A stretch of 43,131 nt of DNA. Source: Fibrobacterales bacterium (GTDB lineage Bacteria > Fibrobacterota > Fibrobacteria > Fibrobacterales > JAOPTW01). Where the stretch lies: the NCBI GenBank assembly GCA_051532035.1, contig JAOPTW010000055.1:1-43131 (forward strand). The letters run 5' to 3'. Below the pieces are notes generated by a model. That model made no database searches. It was not told the origin of the DNA and was given only the letters and a program-made list of their open reading frames with translations. Positions within the stretch are counted from its first letter, which is position 1. Each line of letters begins with the position of its first letter. The position numbers and the translations under genes are program-made. Positions 19,514-27,970 of this stretch are shown here, one piece after another.

Positions 19514-20242
19514 ATGCTACTCGGAATTTTTTCAGATATACATAGTAATATTCAGGCCCTTCAGGCGGTTAATAGCGATATGGAGAGTCGAGGTGTTGAG
19601 AAGAAGGTGTGCCTTGGTGACCTTGTTGGTTATGGTGGAAACCCTAATGAATGCGTCGATATGGTGCGCTCTATGTCAGAAATCTGTATTTTGGGGAACC
19701 ACGATAGTGTGGCAATTGAGAATGAACTCCCCGAAAACTTTAATCCCTATGCACTCAAGGTAATGAACTGGACAAGAGAGATTTTGACTACTGAGTCCCT
19801 CGACTATTTAAAAAATTTGCAATATAAGATTGTCGAACATGACTGTCTGTTTGTACACTCGAGCCCCAAATCGCCGGCCGATTGGTGTTATGTGTCGAGT
19901 CTTGATGATGCTGTGGACGCATTTGAATTTTTTAAACAGCAAGTCTGTTTTATTGGCCATACGCACTGCCCAAACATTATCGTAAAAGAGAGTGGGCAAT
20001 CGTTTAAAGTATTAGAAGAATCGGAGTATACCATTATTGGTGATGAACGGGTATTGGTAAATGTTGGGAGCGTAGGACAGCCGCGTGATAGAGACCCACA
20101 AGCAAGTTACTGTACCTTTAATACCGAAACGAAAGAGATGCTCCTTATAAAAGTTCCGTATGATATTGAGGCAGCCCAGCAGACAATGATTGAGCACGAC
20201 TTACCGGAGTATTTGGTAAATCGATTATCAGAAGGGCGTTAA
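19514..20242 (+). CDS. Metallophosphoesterase (calcineurin-like)
   Basis: SDIHSN, GDLVGYG, GNHD, GHTH and NVGSVGQPRD. Confidence 0.92.
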   Translation: MLLGIFSDIHSNIQALQAVNSDMESRGVEKKVCLGDLVGYGGNPNECVDMVRSMSEICILGNHDSVAIENELPENFNPYALKVMNWTREILTTESLDYLKNLQYKIVEHDCLFVHSSPKSPADWCYVSSLDDAVDAFEFFKQQVCFIGHTHCPNIIVKESGQSFKVLEESEYTIIGDERVLVNVGSVGQPRDRDPQASYCTFNTETKEMLLIKVPYDIEAAQQTMIEHDLPEYLVNRLSEGR

Positions 20243-20257
20243 CGTTAGGATGGTGAG

Positions 20258-21490
20258 ATGGCAGACATAGTCGTAGTACACACTCCCAGTAATGTAACCC
20301 AGTTACTTGCTGAGCGTATTACCCAAAAGCTCGATCTTTCGGTAGTGGTTGTTGAGTCGGTGAGTGAAGCAAAGCGCTTTATATCCGATCAAGAGAGCCC
20401 TGTACTCCTCACCATTGTTGACCTGTCATTAAGCCCTAATAATTACAACCCTTTTGGAGAACTCCCGACAATCATTATCACCGGGGCACTGATGGTGCAA
20501 TCAAATTTATTGATTCGTACTAAAGGGGTGTTGGACTATGTGGTAAATTTAGAAAGCCATAATATCCAATACATTATCCAACTGATCAAACGCAAGAAGT
20601 ATGCAAGTGCTCTTAAAATTATGATTGTGGATGATGAGGTTGTAGCACGTCGCTTGATTAAAAATATTTTGGCCAATAAAGGGATTCAGGTTTTAGAAGC
20701 GGGTTCGGGGAAAGAAGCGCTTTCGTTGCTGAGTGAACATCCTGATATTAAATTGGTAGTTATCGATTATCATATGCCGCAAATGAATGGTTTTGAATTA
20801 ACTCAAAAAATCAGAGCCAACTATTCAAGAAATGAACTTGCCATCATTGGGTACTCAGGAGTTGACTCACGAGATCTTCCTGCAACTTTTATGATGCACG
20901 GGGCCAATGACTTTATTGCAAAGCCTTTTAGCCTTGAAGAATTTCAGATCAGAGTGATGCAGAACATTCAAATTGTTGAGAACTTTCAAGAACTTCGTGA
21001 GGTTTCAAACAGAGACTTTTTAACGAACCTCTACAATCGTCGCTACTTCTTTGAGATTGGACAGAAATTTTTTGAGAGTGCCAAGCGAGGACACATTGAT
21101 ATCCTTGTTGCCATGATCGATATTGACCACTTTAAAAAGGTCAATGATACCTATGGTCATGCTATGGGTGATGTGGTACTGATGGAGTTGGCTAAAATTC
21201 TAAAAAAGAATCTGCGTAACTCAGACATCATTGCGCGCTTTGGTGGCGAAGAATTCTGTATTCTCTCTACGGGGGTGCTTCCCAAGGACGGGTGTACGGT
21301 GTTTAATCGTATACGTGAAGCGGTTGAAAATCATCGTATACAAACGCCTGATGGGGAATTGCAGTTTACAATGAGTGTTGGCTTGAGTGGGCATCAGGGT
21401 GAATCCCTGACTGATGTGGTTAATAAGGCGGATGCCCTCCTCTATCAAGCAAAGAACACCGGCCGAAATCAAGTTATCTGCGAATTATAA
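20258..21490 (+). CDS. Receiver-domain diguanylate cyclase
   Basis: Degenerate REC, canonical REC (IVDDE, IDYHMP, AKP), DIDHFKKVNDTYGH, RNSD I-site and GGEEF. Confidence 0.93.
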   Translation: MADIVVVHTPSNVTQLLAERITQKLDLSVVVVESVSEAKRFISDQESPVLLTIVDLSLSPNNYNPFGELPTIIITGALMVQSNLLIRTKGVLDYVVNLESHNIQYIIQLIKRKKYASALKIMIVDDEVVARRLIKNILANKGIQVLEAGSGKEALSLLSEHPDIKLVVIDYHMPQMNGFELTQKIRANYSRNELAIIGYSGVDSRDLPATFMMHGANDFIAKPFSLEEFQIRVMQNIQIVENFQELREVSNRDFLTNLYNRRYFFEIGQKFFESAKRGHIDILVAMIDIDHFKKVNDTYGHAMGDVVLMELAKILKKNLRNSDIIARFGGEEFCILSTGVLPKDGCTVFNRIREAVENHRIQTPDGELQFTMSVGLSGHQGESLTDVVNKADALLYQAKNTGRNQVICEL

Positions 21491-21591
21491 CGCATATTTC
21501 GGCTCATCTTCTTCGTTATTTTTAACTCGACGTACTGGCGTACGCCTTCGCCAAAAATGCCTCAAATCTGAACCAAACTATGCGTTATAAT
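21484..21591. repeat. ERIC/RPE-like palindromic intergenic element, copy 1
   Basis: Terminal IR ATTATAACGCATA / TATGCGTTATAAT; core TCTTCTTCGTTA..GACGTACT..CGTACGCC..TGCCTC shared with 23636-23744. Confidence 0.75.
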
Positions 21592-21601
21592 CATTTGGTT
21601 T

Positions 21602-21806
21602 GCCGCGCCTTGGTGCGAGCTTGCTTCTGGTGGTCGTCGTGGCTTTGCCACGTACTTTTCGCTTCTTTCTTTCGCCGCGCCTTGGTGCGAGCTTGCTTTT
21701 GAGTATTTTGCTGTGCCTTTGGCATGCGCTTGCTTTTGGTTTTTCGTCGTGGCTTTGCCACGTACTTATCACTTCACTCTGGGGGCTTTGCCTTTGGTAT
21801 TTGCTT
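21602..21806. repeat. Array of six REP-like hairpins with ~36-nt period
   Basis: GCCGCGCCTTGGTGCGAGCTTGCTT x2 exact (21602, 21674), TCGTCGTGGCTTTGCCACGTACTT x2 exact (21634, 21744), plus two variants (21710, 21785). Confidence 0.8.
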
Positions 21807-21926
21807 GTTTTTACTTGGTTTCTGATATGCTTAATGTAGATTTTACATAATAAATGTTGTTGGCCCTGTAATGGGCTTTAAATAAGCATATATTTGTTTT
21901 ATTGGATGAGTTGAGAGAGGTGGATT

Positions 21927-23045
21927 ATGTTTGGTTTGGTTGTTGGGGTTTTATTGGGGAGTGTGCTTATTGGGTGTGCTCCTACTGATGATTTGAATAC
22001 ATCGATTTTGGGAGAGAGTAGTGACGTAGGTGATGAATCGAGTGATAGCTATTCATCTGAGATAGTAGATGGTTACTCATCTGAGGGCGTAGAGTCTTCT
22101 CGTCAGGAAGATGAGAGTGAATCGAGTTTAGAGAGAGAGTCCTCTGAGGAATCCTCTGAGAATATGGTGTCGAGCTCTGCTGAGAGTAGCTCTATTGAGC
22201 GGCTATCATCGGTGTCGAGTACTCTTCCCAATAGTTCATCTTCTGAGGAATCTGATGTCAGTGGAACAGAGATTGAGGGGTGGGATCTTGTTTGGTCGGA
22301 TGAATTTGAGTATGAAGGGTTGCCTAATAGTGAATGGTGGAATTTTGACGCCATGGAGCCCGGTGCAAATAATGGGGAGTTACAGCGGTATGTTGAACCC
22401 AGGCTTGAGAATGCTCGAGTTGGTGATGGGTATCTTACCATAGAAGCTCGGAAAGAGAATTATAATAATGCAACCTATACTTCGGCACGGCTTCATACTT
22501 ATGATAAAGTACAATGGACCTATGGGCGTTATGAGATAAAAGCGATTCTTCCGACGGGGAGAGGTGTTTGGCCGGCTTTTTGGATGATGCCTTCAGATCC
22601 ATTTAAACATGCGACCACTTGTACTGCGGAGACAGGATGGATCGATGGGTGTGATGCGTGGCCTGGGTGTGGCGAAATTGATATCATGGAATATGTTACC
22701 TATGACCCTAATGTGGTTCATTCAAATCTCCATAATAAACATTACAATTATAGTAAGGGAAATAATCCTACGGGAAAACTAACTATTCCTCAAGCTGAGA
22801 ATGAATATCATGTGTATGCTATGGAGTGGTTTGAAGAGTACATGGAGTTTTATATTGATGATACGCTCCTCATGCGTTTTGATAATGATGGGACTGGATG
22901 GGAATCGTGGCCGTATGATGGTGATTTTTATATGATCCTTAATATTGCCGTTGGAGGTGATTGGGGAGCTGCGAAAGGTATTGATGAAACTATCGATTCA
23001 TGGAAGCTGCTGATTGATTATGTCCGGGTGTATCAGAAATCATAA
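21927..23045 (+). CDS. GH16 laminarinase-like lipoprotein with Ser-rich linker
   Basis: Lipobox LIGC; WSDEF, YTSARL, WPAFWMM, catalytic EIDIME and IDYVRVYQ. Confidence 0.92.
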   Translation: MFGLVVGVLLGSVLIGCAPTDDLNTSILGESSDVGDESSDSYSSEIVDGYSSEGVESSRQEDESESSLERESSEESSENMVSSSAESSSIERLSSVSSTLPNSSSSEESDVSGTEIEGWDLVWSDEFEYEGLPNSEWWNFDAMEPGANNGELQRYVEPRLENARVGDGYLTIEARKENYNNATYTSARLHTYDKVQWTYGRYEIKAILPTGRGVWPAFWMMPSDPFKHATTCTAETGWIDGCDAWPGCGEIDIMEYVTYDPNVVHSNLHNKHYNYSKGNNPTGKLTIPQAENEYHVYAMEWFEEYMEFYIDDTLLMRFDNDGTGWESWPYDGDFYMILNIAVGGDWGAAKGIDETIDSWKLLIDYVRVYQKS

Positions 23046-23175
23046 AAGTGTAATTGCAAAAATAGCACATGATCTATGACAAAAAATGTCTATGAAGTGA
23101 TTTGTTTGGTATTTAGACACGAACAAAAATCATTTTTCTATCCTTGCAGATGGTCACAAACAACCCTGAGTCACT

Positions 23176-23640
23176 ATGAATATCGAACTTGTCTCCTATG
23201 GAAAACTGGGATCCAAATTTGCCATTGAAGAATTTGCAAAGTATGAAAAACGGATGAAGCCGTTTGTCAGTTTTAAGACAATTGAGTTGAAAGAGTCGAA
23301 GCGCCCTGACCTTAAACAGAAGCAAGAAGAGGATTTGCGGGAGTTTGATAAAAAGGTGGGTATTGGTGGCTATACGTTGATTGTGCTCTCTGAAGAAGGC
23401 AAAAACCTCACCAGTGAGGGGATGGCGAAGCAGATTGAGAAATGGCAATTACGCGGGGACAAAAAGCTCGTTTTTCTGATTGGTGCAGCCTATGGTATTA
23501 GTGAAGAACTCAAAAAACGATCAGATTTCCTCTTATCTCTCAGCCCAATGACTTTTACCCATGACTTTGCCCGTATTATCTTTATTGAACAGATATATAG
23601 ATGGTTTACAATACTCAAAGGCCATCCTTACCACCATTAA
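23176..23640 (+). CDS. rlmH: 23S rRNA pseudouridine-1915 N3-methyltransferase
   Basis: FLIGAAYG, LSLSPMTFTH, EQIYR and GHPYHH. Confidence 0.96.
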   Translation: MNIELVSYGKLGSKFAIEEFAKYEKRMKPFVSFKTIELKESKRPDLKQKQEEDLREFDKKVGIGGYTLIVLSEEGKNLTSEGMAKQIEKWQLRGDKKLVFLIGAAYGISEELKKRSDFLLSLSPMTFTHDFARIIFIEQIYRWFTILKGHPYHH

Positions 23641-23744
23641 TCCGCCAGAAAGCACCCTTCTTCTTCGTTACAAACCATTTGACGTACTGTTCGTACGCCA
23701 GCACACTTTGTGCCTCGTATAAGGGCACTTTCTGACGGATTAAT
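23636..23744. repeat. ERIC/RPE-like palindromic intergenic element, copy 2
   Basis: Terminal IR ATTAATCCGCCAGAAAG / CTTTCTGACGGATTAAT; same core as 21484-21591. Confidence 0.75.
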
Positions 23745-23873
23745 CATTGTATTAACATTCTCGTTCATTTCTCATTATTTGCCATACTGTTAATCTATAG
23801 AAGGAAAATCATGCACTATGTGTTTAGTTGTTTGCGATCTTTAATGATTATTTCTCTCAGGGGACTTTTTTAT

Positions 23874-23900
23874 TAAGTCCTTTTTTTAACTATCCGATAT
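23874..23900 (+). promoter_or_regulatory. Sigma28 (FliA)-type promoter
   Basis: TAAG-N15-TCCGATAT versus consensus TAAA-N15-GCCGATAA; lies upstream of the flgM-like gene. Confidence 0.75.
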
Positions 23901-23956
23901 CTATTATAGGACGTCATATTTGGCGAAAATGCTCACTCACCTACGGAGAGCTACGG

Positions 23957-24136
23957 ATGGCACAGGTATCAAAATTTAAGCCCCAATCGGACAAAGGCAC
24001 CGATGTCCGTACTGAGCGCGTTGCTGAGATAGCACGTCAAATTAAAAATGGCACCTACTTCGACGTAGAAGAGGTGGATAGAGTAGCCTCAGGCCTCGCT
24101 GAACTCTTTATGGAAGACTATTTCGATAACATTTAA
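23957..24136 (+). CDS. flgM: FlgM-like anti-sigma28 factor (59 aa)
   Basis: GGAG RBS, ATG 23957; DVRTERVAEIARQIKNGTY matches the FlgM C-terminal motif; sigma28 promoter upstream. Confidence 0.7.
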   Translation: MAQVSKFKPQSDKGTDVRTERVAEIARQIKNGTYFDVEEVDRVASGLAELFMEDYFDNI

Positions 24137-24390
24137 CTCTTCAAAGCATCCTTAATCTTCGCTTTGGTAGATTCTGTCAGTCGTTCGGTTACTTCAACAT
24201 CATCAAAGGCCGTTTTAACACTTTTTGTGGTAAGAACTCGTTTGAGAAGGGTGATACTGGCGCGAAAACGTCTACAATGTACACAGTAGATGTTGTGAAG
24301 CCAGAGGCCAAAACGCTCTTTTTTGGTCAAAGGGCCTTCAGTCTCTTTAGACATGAGGTAGGTTGCTTGAGTGCATTTCATCATCAACAT
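24133..24390 (-). CDS. Soluble zinc-binding (zf-HC2/ZAS) anti-sigma factor
   Basis: C-x(n)-HNIYCVHC (HxxxCxxC); lies directly downstream of an ECF sigma. Confidence 0.88.
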   Translation of the reverse strand: MLMMKCTQATYLMSKETEGPLTKKERFGLWLHNIYCVHCRRFRASITLLKRVLTTKSVKTAFDDVEVTERLTESTKAKIKDALKS

Positions 24391-24969
24391 CTAAACCCCC
24401 TCCTTGTTCCAGACTGTTGAAAGGCATTCTCTTAACTGTAATCGCGAACGATGGAGGATAACCCATAAGTTGGTCGCGGTAATTTCACAATCCTTACAAA
24501 CAATATCAGAATCCATTTCATCAATCTCTTTTAAAATAAAGGGGATTCTAAACTTTTCGGGGAGCTTAGTAATACAGTCTTTGATCCATTTTGCTAACTG
24601 TTTATCATTCATCTCACTTTCGGGGGTTTCGTTCATATACCCTGGGCTCATTTTCCAATAGCCATTATCACCAAAAAAGTAGTCCATGATACCATCATTC
24701 TCTGAATTTTTTTGAAGGTGTGATTCTGGCACCTCTCGTTTAGACTTTTTGTAATGGTCATAAATTTTATGCTTAAGGATGCCAATCAACCAGGTTTTTT
24801 CAGAAGAGTTTCCCGAGAATTTCTCCCATCCCTTGAGGGCTGCAATATAGGTCTCTTGTACAAGGTCTTCTGCAACATCTATTTGACTTACCCGTGATCG
24901 AGCAAAATTAAAGAGGATGTCGCCATAGGTATCAACAAATCCTTTAACAACGTCTGATGGTGATGGCAT
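24391..24969 (-). CDS. ECF sigma factor
   Basis: AEDLVQETY, KTWLIGILKHKIYD, FxDNGYW and NLWVILHRSRLQLRECL. Confidence 0.92.
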   Translation of the reverse strand: MPSPSDVVKGFVDTYGDILFNFARSRVSQIDVAEDLVQETYIAALKGWEKFSGNSSEKTWLIGILKHKIYDHYKKSKREVPESHLQKNSENDGIMDYFFGDNGYWKMSPGYMNETPESEMNDKQLAKWIKDCITKLPEKFRIPFILKEIDEMDSDIVCKDCEITATNLWVILHRSRLQLRECLSTVWNKEGV

Positions 24970-25213
24970 GGATAACCCTTTGTTAATAAGAAGGAGATTG
25001 GTGTATGGTGTAAGTATAAAAATTTTTGATTAGTGGGGTAGGGAGTTGTTCTTAATTGGGGTACAATTTCAATGATTGTGTTGAGTTGAAATAGAGAGTG
25101 ATGGTGGAGCGTGCTCACAACTTGAGAGCATTAATGTGAGCATTTAAATACTATATCTAGAGATTCGCCACCCTTTTAGTATTATTAGAGAAGACACTTT
25201 ACAGGAGAATACC

Positions 25214-26821
25214 ATGCATTCACTATTTTATCTAATTTTAATCGCTTTTTTGGGCTTTACGGGGTGTAATGTTATTGTAAATGATCCAAATCCAGAAGCA
25301 GAAGCAACAATTGACTCTTCTGATGATATGGGTGGGATTTCATCAAGTGATGTGGGGGGAATTTCATCAAGTAATTCTATTGTAAAAGACGTAGTGTGGT
25401 ATGGCTCTGATGGAATAGAATGCTTCATCATTGAAATCGAGGATGAATGTGCAGACGGTAGTTGTTCTGATACATTTACCTCTATGAATGGGTGCTTGAA
25501 CTTTTGTAAAAATTGCCCTGAAAATGAGGGCCCTAAAAATTACTGTATAATCGATGGACAAAAGGTGATGAGGGGTGATACTGTAGTGACTCAAACGAAA
25601 TGTGGTGTTGAGTATTCGGTATGTACCCTTGATGGGGAAATTGAGAGTAATGGTTCAATGACTATTGATGATGCTATGGATTCTAAATGTGGTGAAACAG
25701 TGTGCACTGATAATAAACAAAAAAATTACGCTGTGGGTGACTTTTATAGTGATGGCTGTAATACACATATCTGTGGTAATGATGGGGGTTGGGCGTCAAC
25801 CGAAAGATATTGTCCTGAAGAGCCTATAGAGTGTGACGATGAATGGGACCCCGTGTGTAGTGTTAATGGAAAAACTTATTCGAATGAATGTGAAGCGAAG
25901 AGAGCAGGTGATGCCGTTCTTAAGAATGGTGAGTGCGCAGCAGTACTAGAGTGTAATAAAATGTATGCACCGGTGTGTGGCGATGATGGAAAAACCTATA
26001 GTACAGAGTGTGAAGCGCGTAATAACTCTGTAAAGGTGGCCTCTACAGGTGAGTGTGAAGAAATGCCCAATGTGACTGTAGCGTGTACTAAAGAGTTTGT
26101 CCCAGTGTGCGGCTATGATAATATTACGTATGACAATACATGTATTGCAACGAACAAAGGGGTCTATGTGAAAGAGAGTGGGATATGTGAAGAAGCCTAT
26201 GCATGTACCGCAATATATGATCCGGTCTGTGGTGTTGATGGTAAGACCTATGGAAGTAGCTGTTCAGCTCTGGCACCGGTGTTACATAAAGGAGAATGTG
26301 AGGCTTCATTTACTTTCCAAGATGTATCGACAATCACCGTTAAAGAAGTAACATTTTTTAGCCTCATGCCCATCAGTGATTCTGTGTTACAAACTCCCGC
26401 ACTCTATAAACAAAGTGTGAGTCTCATGTTGCCTTATGATGAAACCGTGCGCATTGAAATAACCTACCATTTTGATCATGCACATAAAGAGCTTGTTGCG
26501 ATCTATGAAACATTCCCACCTAATGGGACTGTTGGTAAAGTTGAGAAGAAGATGGACTTGGGAAATGAGGGTTATGAAGCGTTTCAGCAGGCTTATTCTG
26601 ATGAAGAAGAATTGACTCATTATATACATGACTGTAATGAAAAAGGCGATTGTATAAGACTCTCACACAATCCCACCCACAATGTATTTGTGGATTATGA
26701 AAATACTACAATCAGTGGGTATTACTATATGTCTATGGAATATGGAACATTTATTAGTAAACCACTCAGTGAATTGATTAAAGCTTATAATGAAAAAGTA
26801 AGACCAGTAAGTGTTAATTAA
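25214..26821 (+). CDS. Cys-rich lipoprotein with four Kazal-type domains
   Basis: AGGAG RBS; lipobox FTGC; four C-x5-PVC-x5-TY-x3-C...GxC repeats. Confidence 0.85.
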   Translation: MHSLFYLILIAFLGFTGCNVIVNDPNPEAEATIDSSDDMGGISSSDVGGISSSNSIVKDVVWYGSDGIECFIIEIEDECADGSCSDTFTSMNGCLNFCKNCPENEGPKNYCIIDGQKVMRGDTVVTQTKCGVEYSVCTLDGEIESNGSMTIDDAMDSKCGETVCTDNKQKNYAVGDFYSDGCNTHICGNDGGWASTERYCPEEPIECDDEWDPVCSVNGKTYSNECEAKRAGDAVLKNGECAAVLECNKMYAPVCGDDGKTYSTECEARNNSVKVASTGECEEMPNVTVACTKEFVPVCGYDNITYDNTCIATNKGVYVKESGICEEAYACTAIYDPVCGVDGKTYGSSCSALAPVLHKGECEASFTFQDVSTITVKEVTFFSLMPISDSVLQTPALYKQSVSLMLPYDETVRIEITYHFDHAHKELVAIYETFPPNGTVGKVEKKMDLGNEGYEAFQQAYSDEEELTHYIHDCNEKGDCIRLSHNPTHNVFVDYENTTISGYYYMSMEYGTFISKPLSELIKAYNEKVRPVSVN

Positions 26822-26863
26822 AGAGACACATCAGCTGTAATAAGTTGTTGAGGTAATCGTAAT

Positions 26864-26900
26864 AAAAAAGCCAGTGTAAATTCACTGGCTTTTTCTTTTT
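26864..26900. terminator. Bidirectional intrinsic terminator
   Basis: AAAAAAGCCAGTG-TAAATT-CACTGGCTTTTT between convergent genes. Confidence 0.85.
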
Positions 26901-26923
26901 AGTACATAACGTTGTTTAGAAAC

Positions 26924-27970
26924 CTAACAGCAAGCCCCTTCACTATCAGTCTGCCCTGCACTGCCAAAAGGCACATTGATGCCACAATCAGAAAACGCTC
27001 CATAGTGAGTATCCCAGGTACCAATAAATTCAAAGTACTCTTTGAACCGGGTATCATGGAGCATACGCCAGGTATTACCACAGACCGGAAAGACTTTACC
27101 TTTTTGAATGGCATGATGACCATCAAGATGAAAGACTTCATTGTGGTGCTGAATGCCGCCTTTATATATGACCGCTTGCCCGTAGTCTTCACATTGACTC
27201 TCGAGCTCTTCAATTTTAAAGAGTCTATAGGTGGCAGAATAAAAGTTGATGTGGCCAATGAGGTCTTGTATGGATTCATTACTGATGTCGAGGACACGAT
27301 CTTTGACGAGCCGTGCATCTTTAAAGCCTGTTGCCACAGCCATGTCGAGAAAGTCTTTCCAGTAAAGGGCGCCACTGAGGCACTCTCCGTAGAGGATGGG
27401 GTCTTCTTGTAGTGGTTTGGGAATTTTTCGGTCACTATAGACGTCAGAGAAGTAGATCTCTCCACCGGGCTTAAGGAGGTCAAATGCATGTTTGAGGACT
27501 GACTTTTTGTCGGGAGATAAATTTATGACACAGTTGGAGACAATAATATCGACACTGCCCGCAGGGATGTCGAGTTTGTCGAGTTCTTCGATGTAGCCTT
27601 TTTTGAATTCGATATTAGGCTGAGTATAGCCAAACTTTTCTGTATGATAACCAATATGACGATTGGCGACATCGAGTTGCTCATCGGTCATATCAACACC
27701 AATAACTTTTCCTTTTTCGCCCACGAGTTTTGAGAGCACATAGCAGTCGCGGCCTGACCCTGAACCAAGGTCGAGTATGGTTTTGCCTTCAATTGATTCG
27801 GGGAGGATGATACCACAGCCGTAGTATTTACTCATTACCTCATCGTGGAGTTCACTCAAAATATCTTTGAGATATCCGGGGATTGATTCTGCCGTACAAC
27901 AGGCATCGGTTTTTAGGTCGTCTGAGTGTTGTAAAACTTTTCCATAATATTCTTTTACGTCATTATGCAT
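26924..27970 (-). CDS. arsM: ArsM-like SAM-dependent methyltransferase
   Basis: DLKTDACC, YYGCG, LDLGSGSGRDC, SNCVINLS, GECLSGALY, VCGNT and C-terminal CC. Start at ATG 27970 with GAGG RBS. Confidence 0.82.
   Translation of the reverse strand: MHNDVKEYYGKVLQHSDDLKTDACCTAESIPGYLKDILSELHDEVMSKYYGCGIILPESIEGKTILDLGSGSGRDCYVLSKLVGEKGKVIGVDMTDEQLDVANRHIGYHTEKFGYTQPNIEFKKGYIEELDKLDIPAGSVDIIVSNCVINLSPDKKSVLKHAFDLLKPGGEIYFSDVYSDRKIPKPLQEDPILYGECLSGALYWKDFLDMAVATGFKDARLVKDRVLDISNESIQDLIGHINFYSATYRLFKIEELESQCEDYGQAVIYKGGIQHHNEVFHLDGHHAIQKGKVFPVCGNTWRMLHDTRFKEYFEFIGTWDTHYGAFSDCGINVPFGSAGQTDSEGACC

Noticed and set aside
21602..21806. CRISPR or TIGR array interpretation of the hairpin array
   Set aside because: Linkers are only ~8-17 nt and low-complexity, the units are of two types, box C/D-like motifs are not evident, and no cas or Nop-domain gene is in the window.
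25030..25056. Autoregulatory copy of the ECF promoter upstream of the sigma gene (ATTAAG-N15-CACTAA)
   Set aside because: The spacer is 2 nt shorter and the -35 is mismatched, so it is not counted as a motif instance. The sigma assignment therefore remains an inference.
25112..25143. Inverted repeat TGCTCACA...TGTGAGCA upstream of the Kazal gene
   Set aside because: A single instance with no assignable regulator; could be chance.
26899..27489. Long alternative ORFs 26899-27489 (-) and 26912-27412 (+), and the other short nested ORFs in the track
   Set aside because: They overlap well-supported genes in other frames and have no recognisable motifs.
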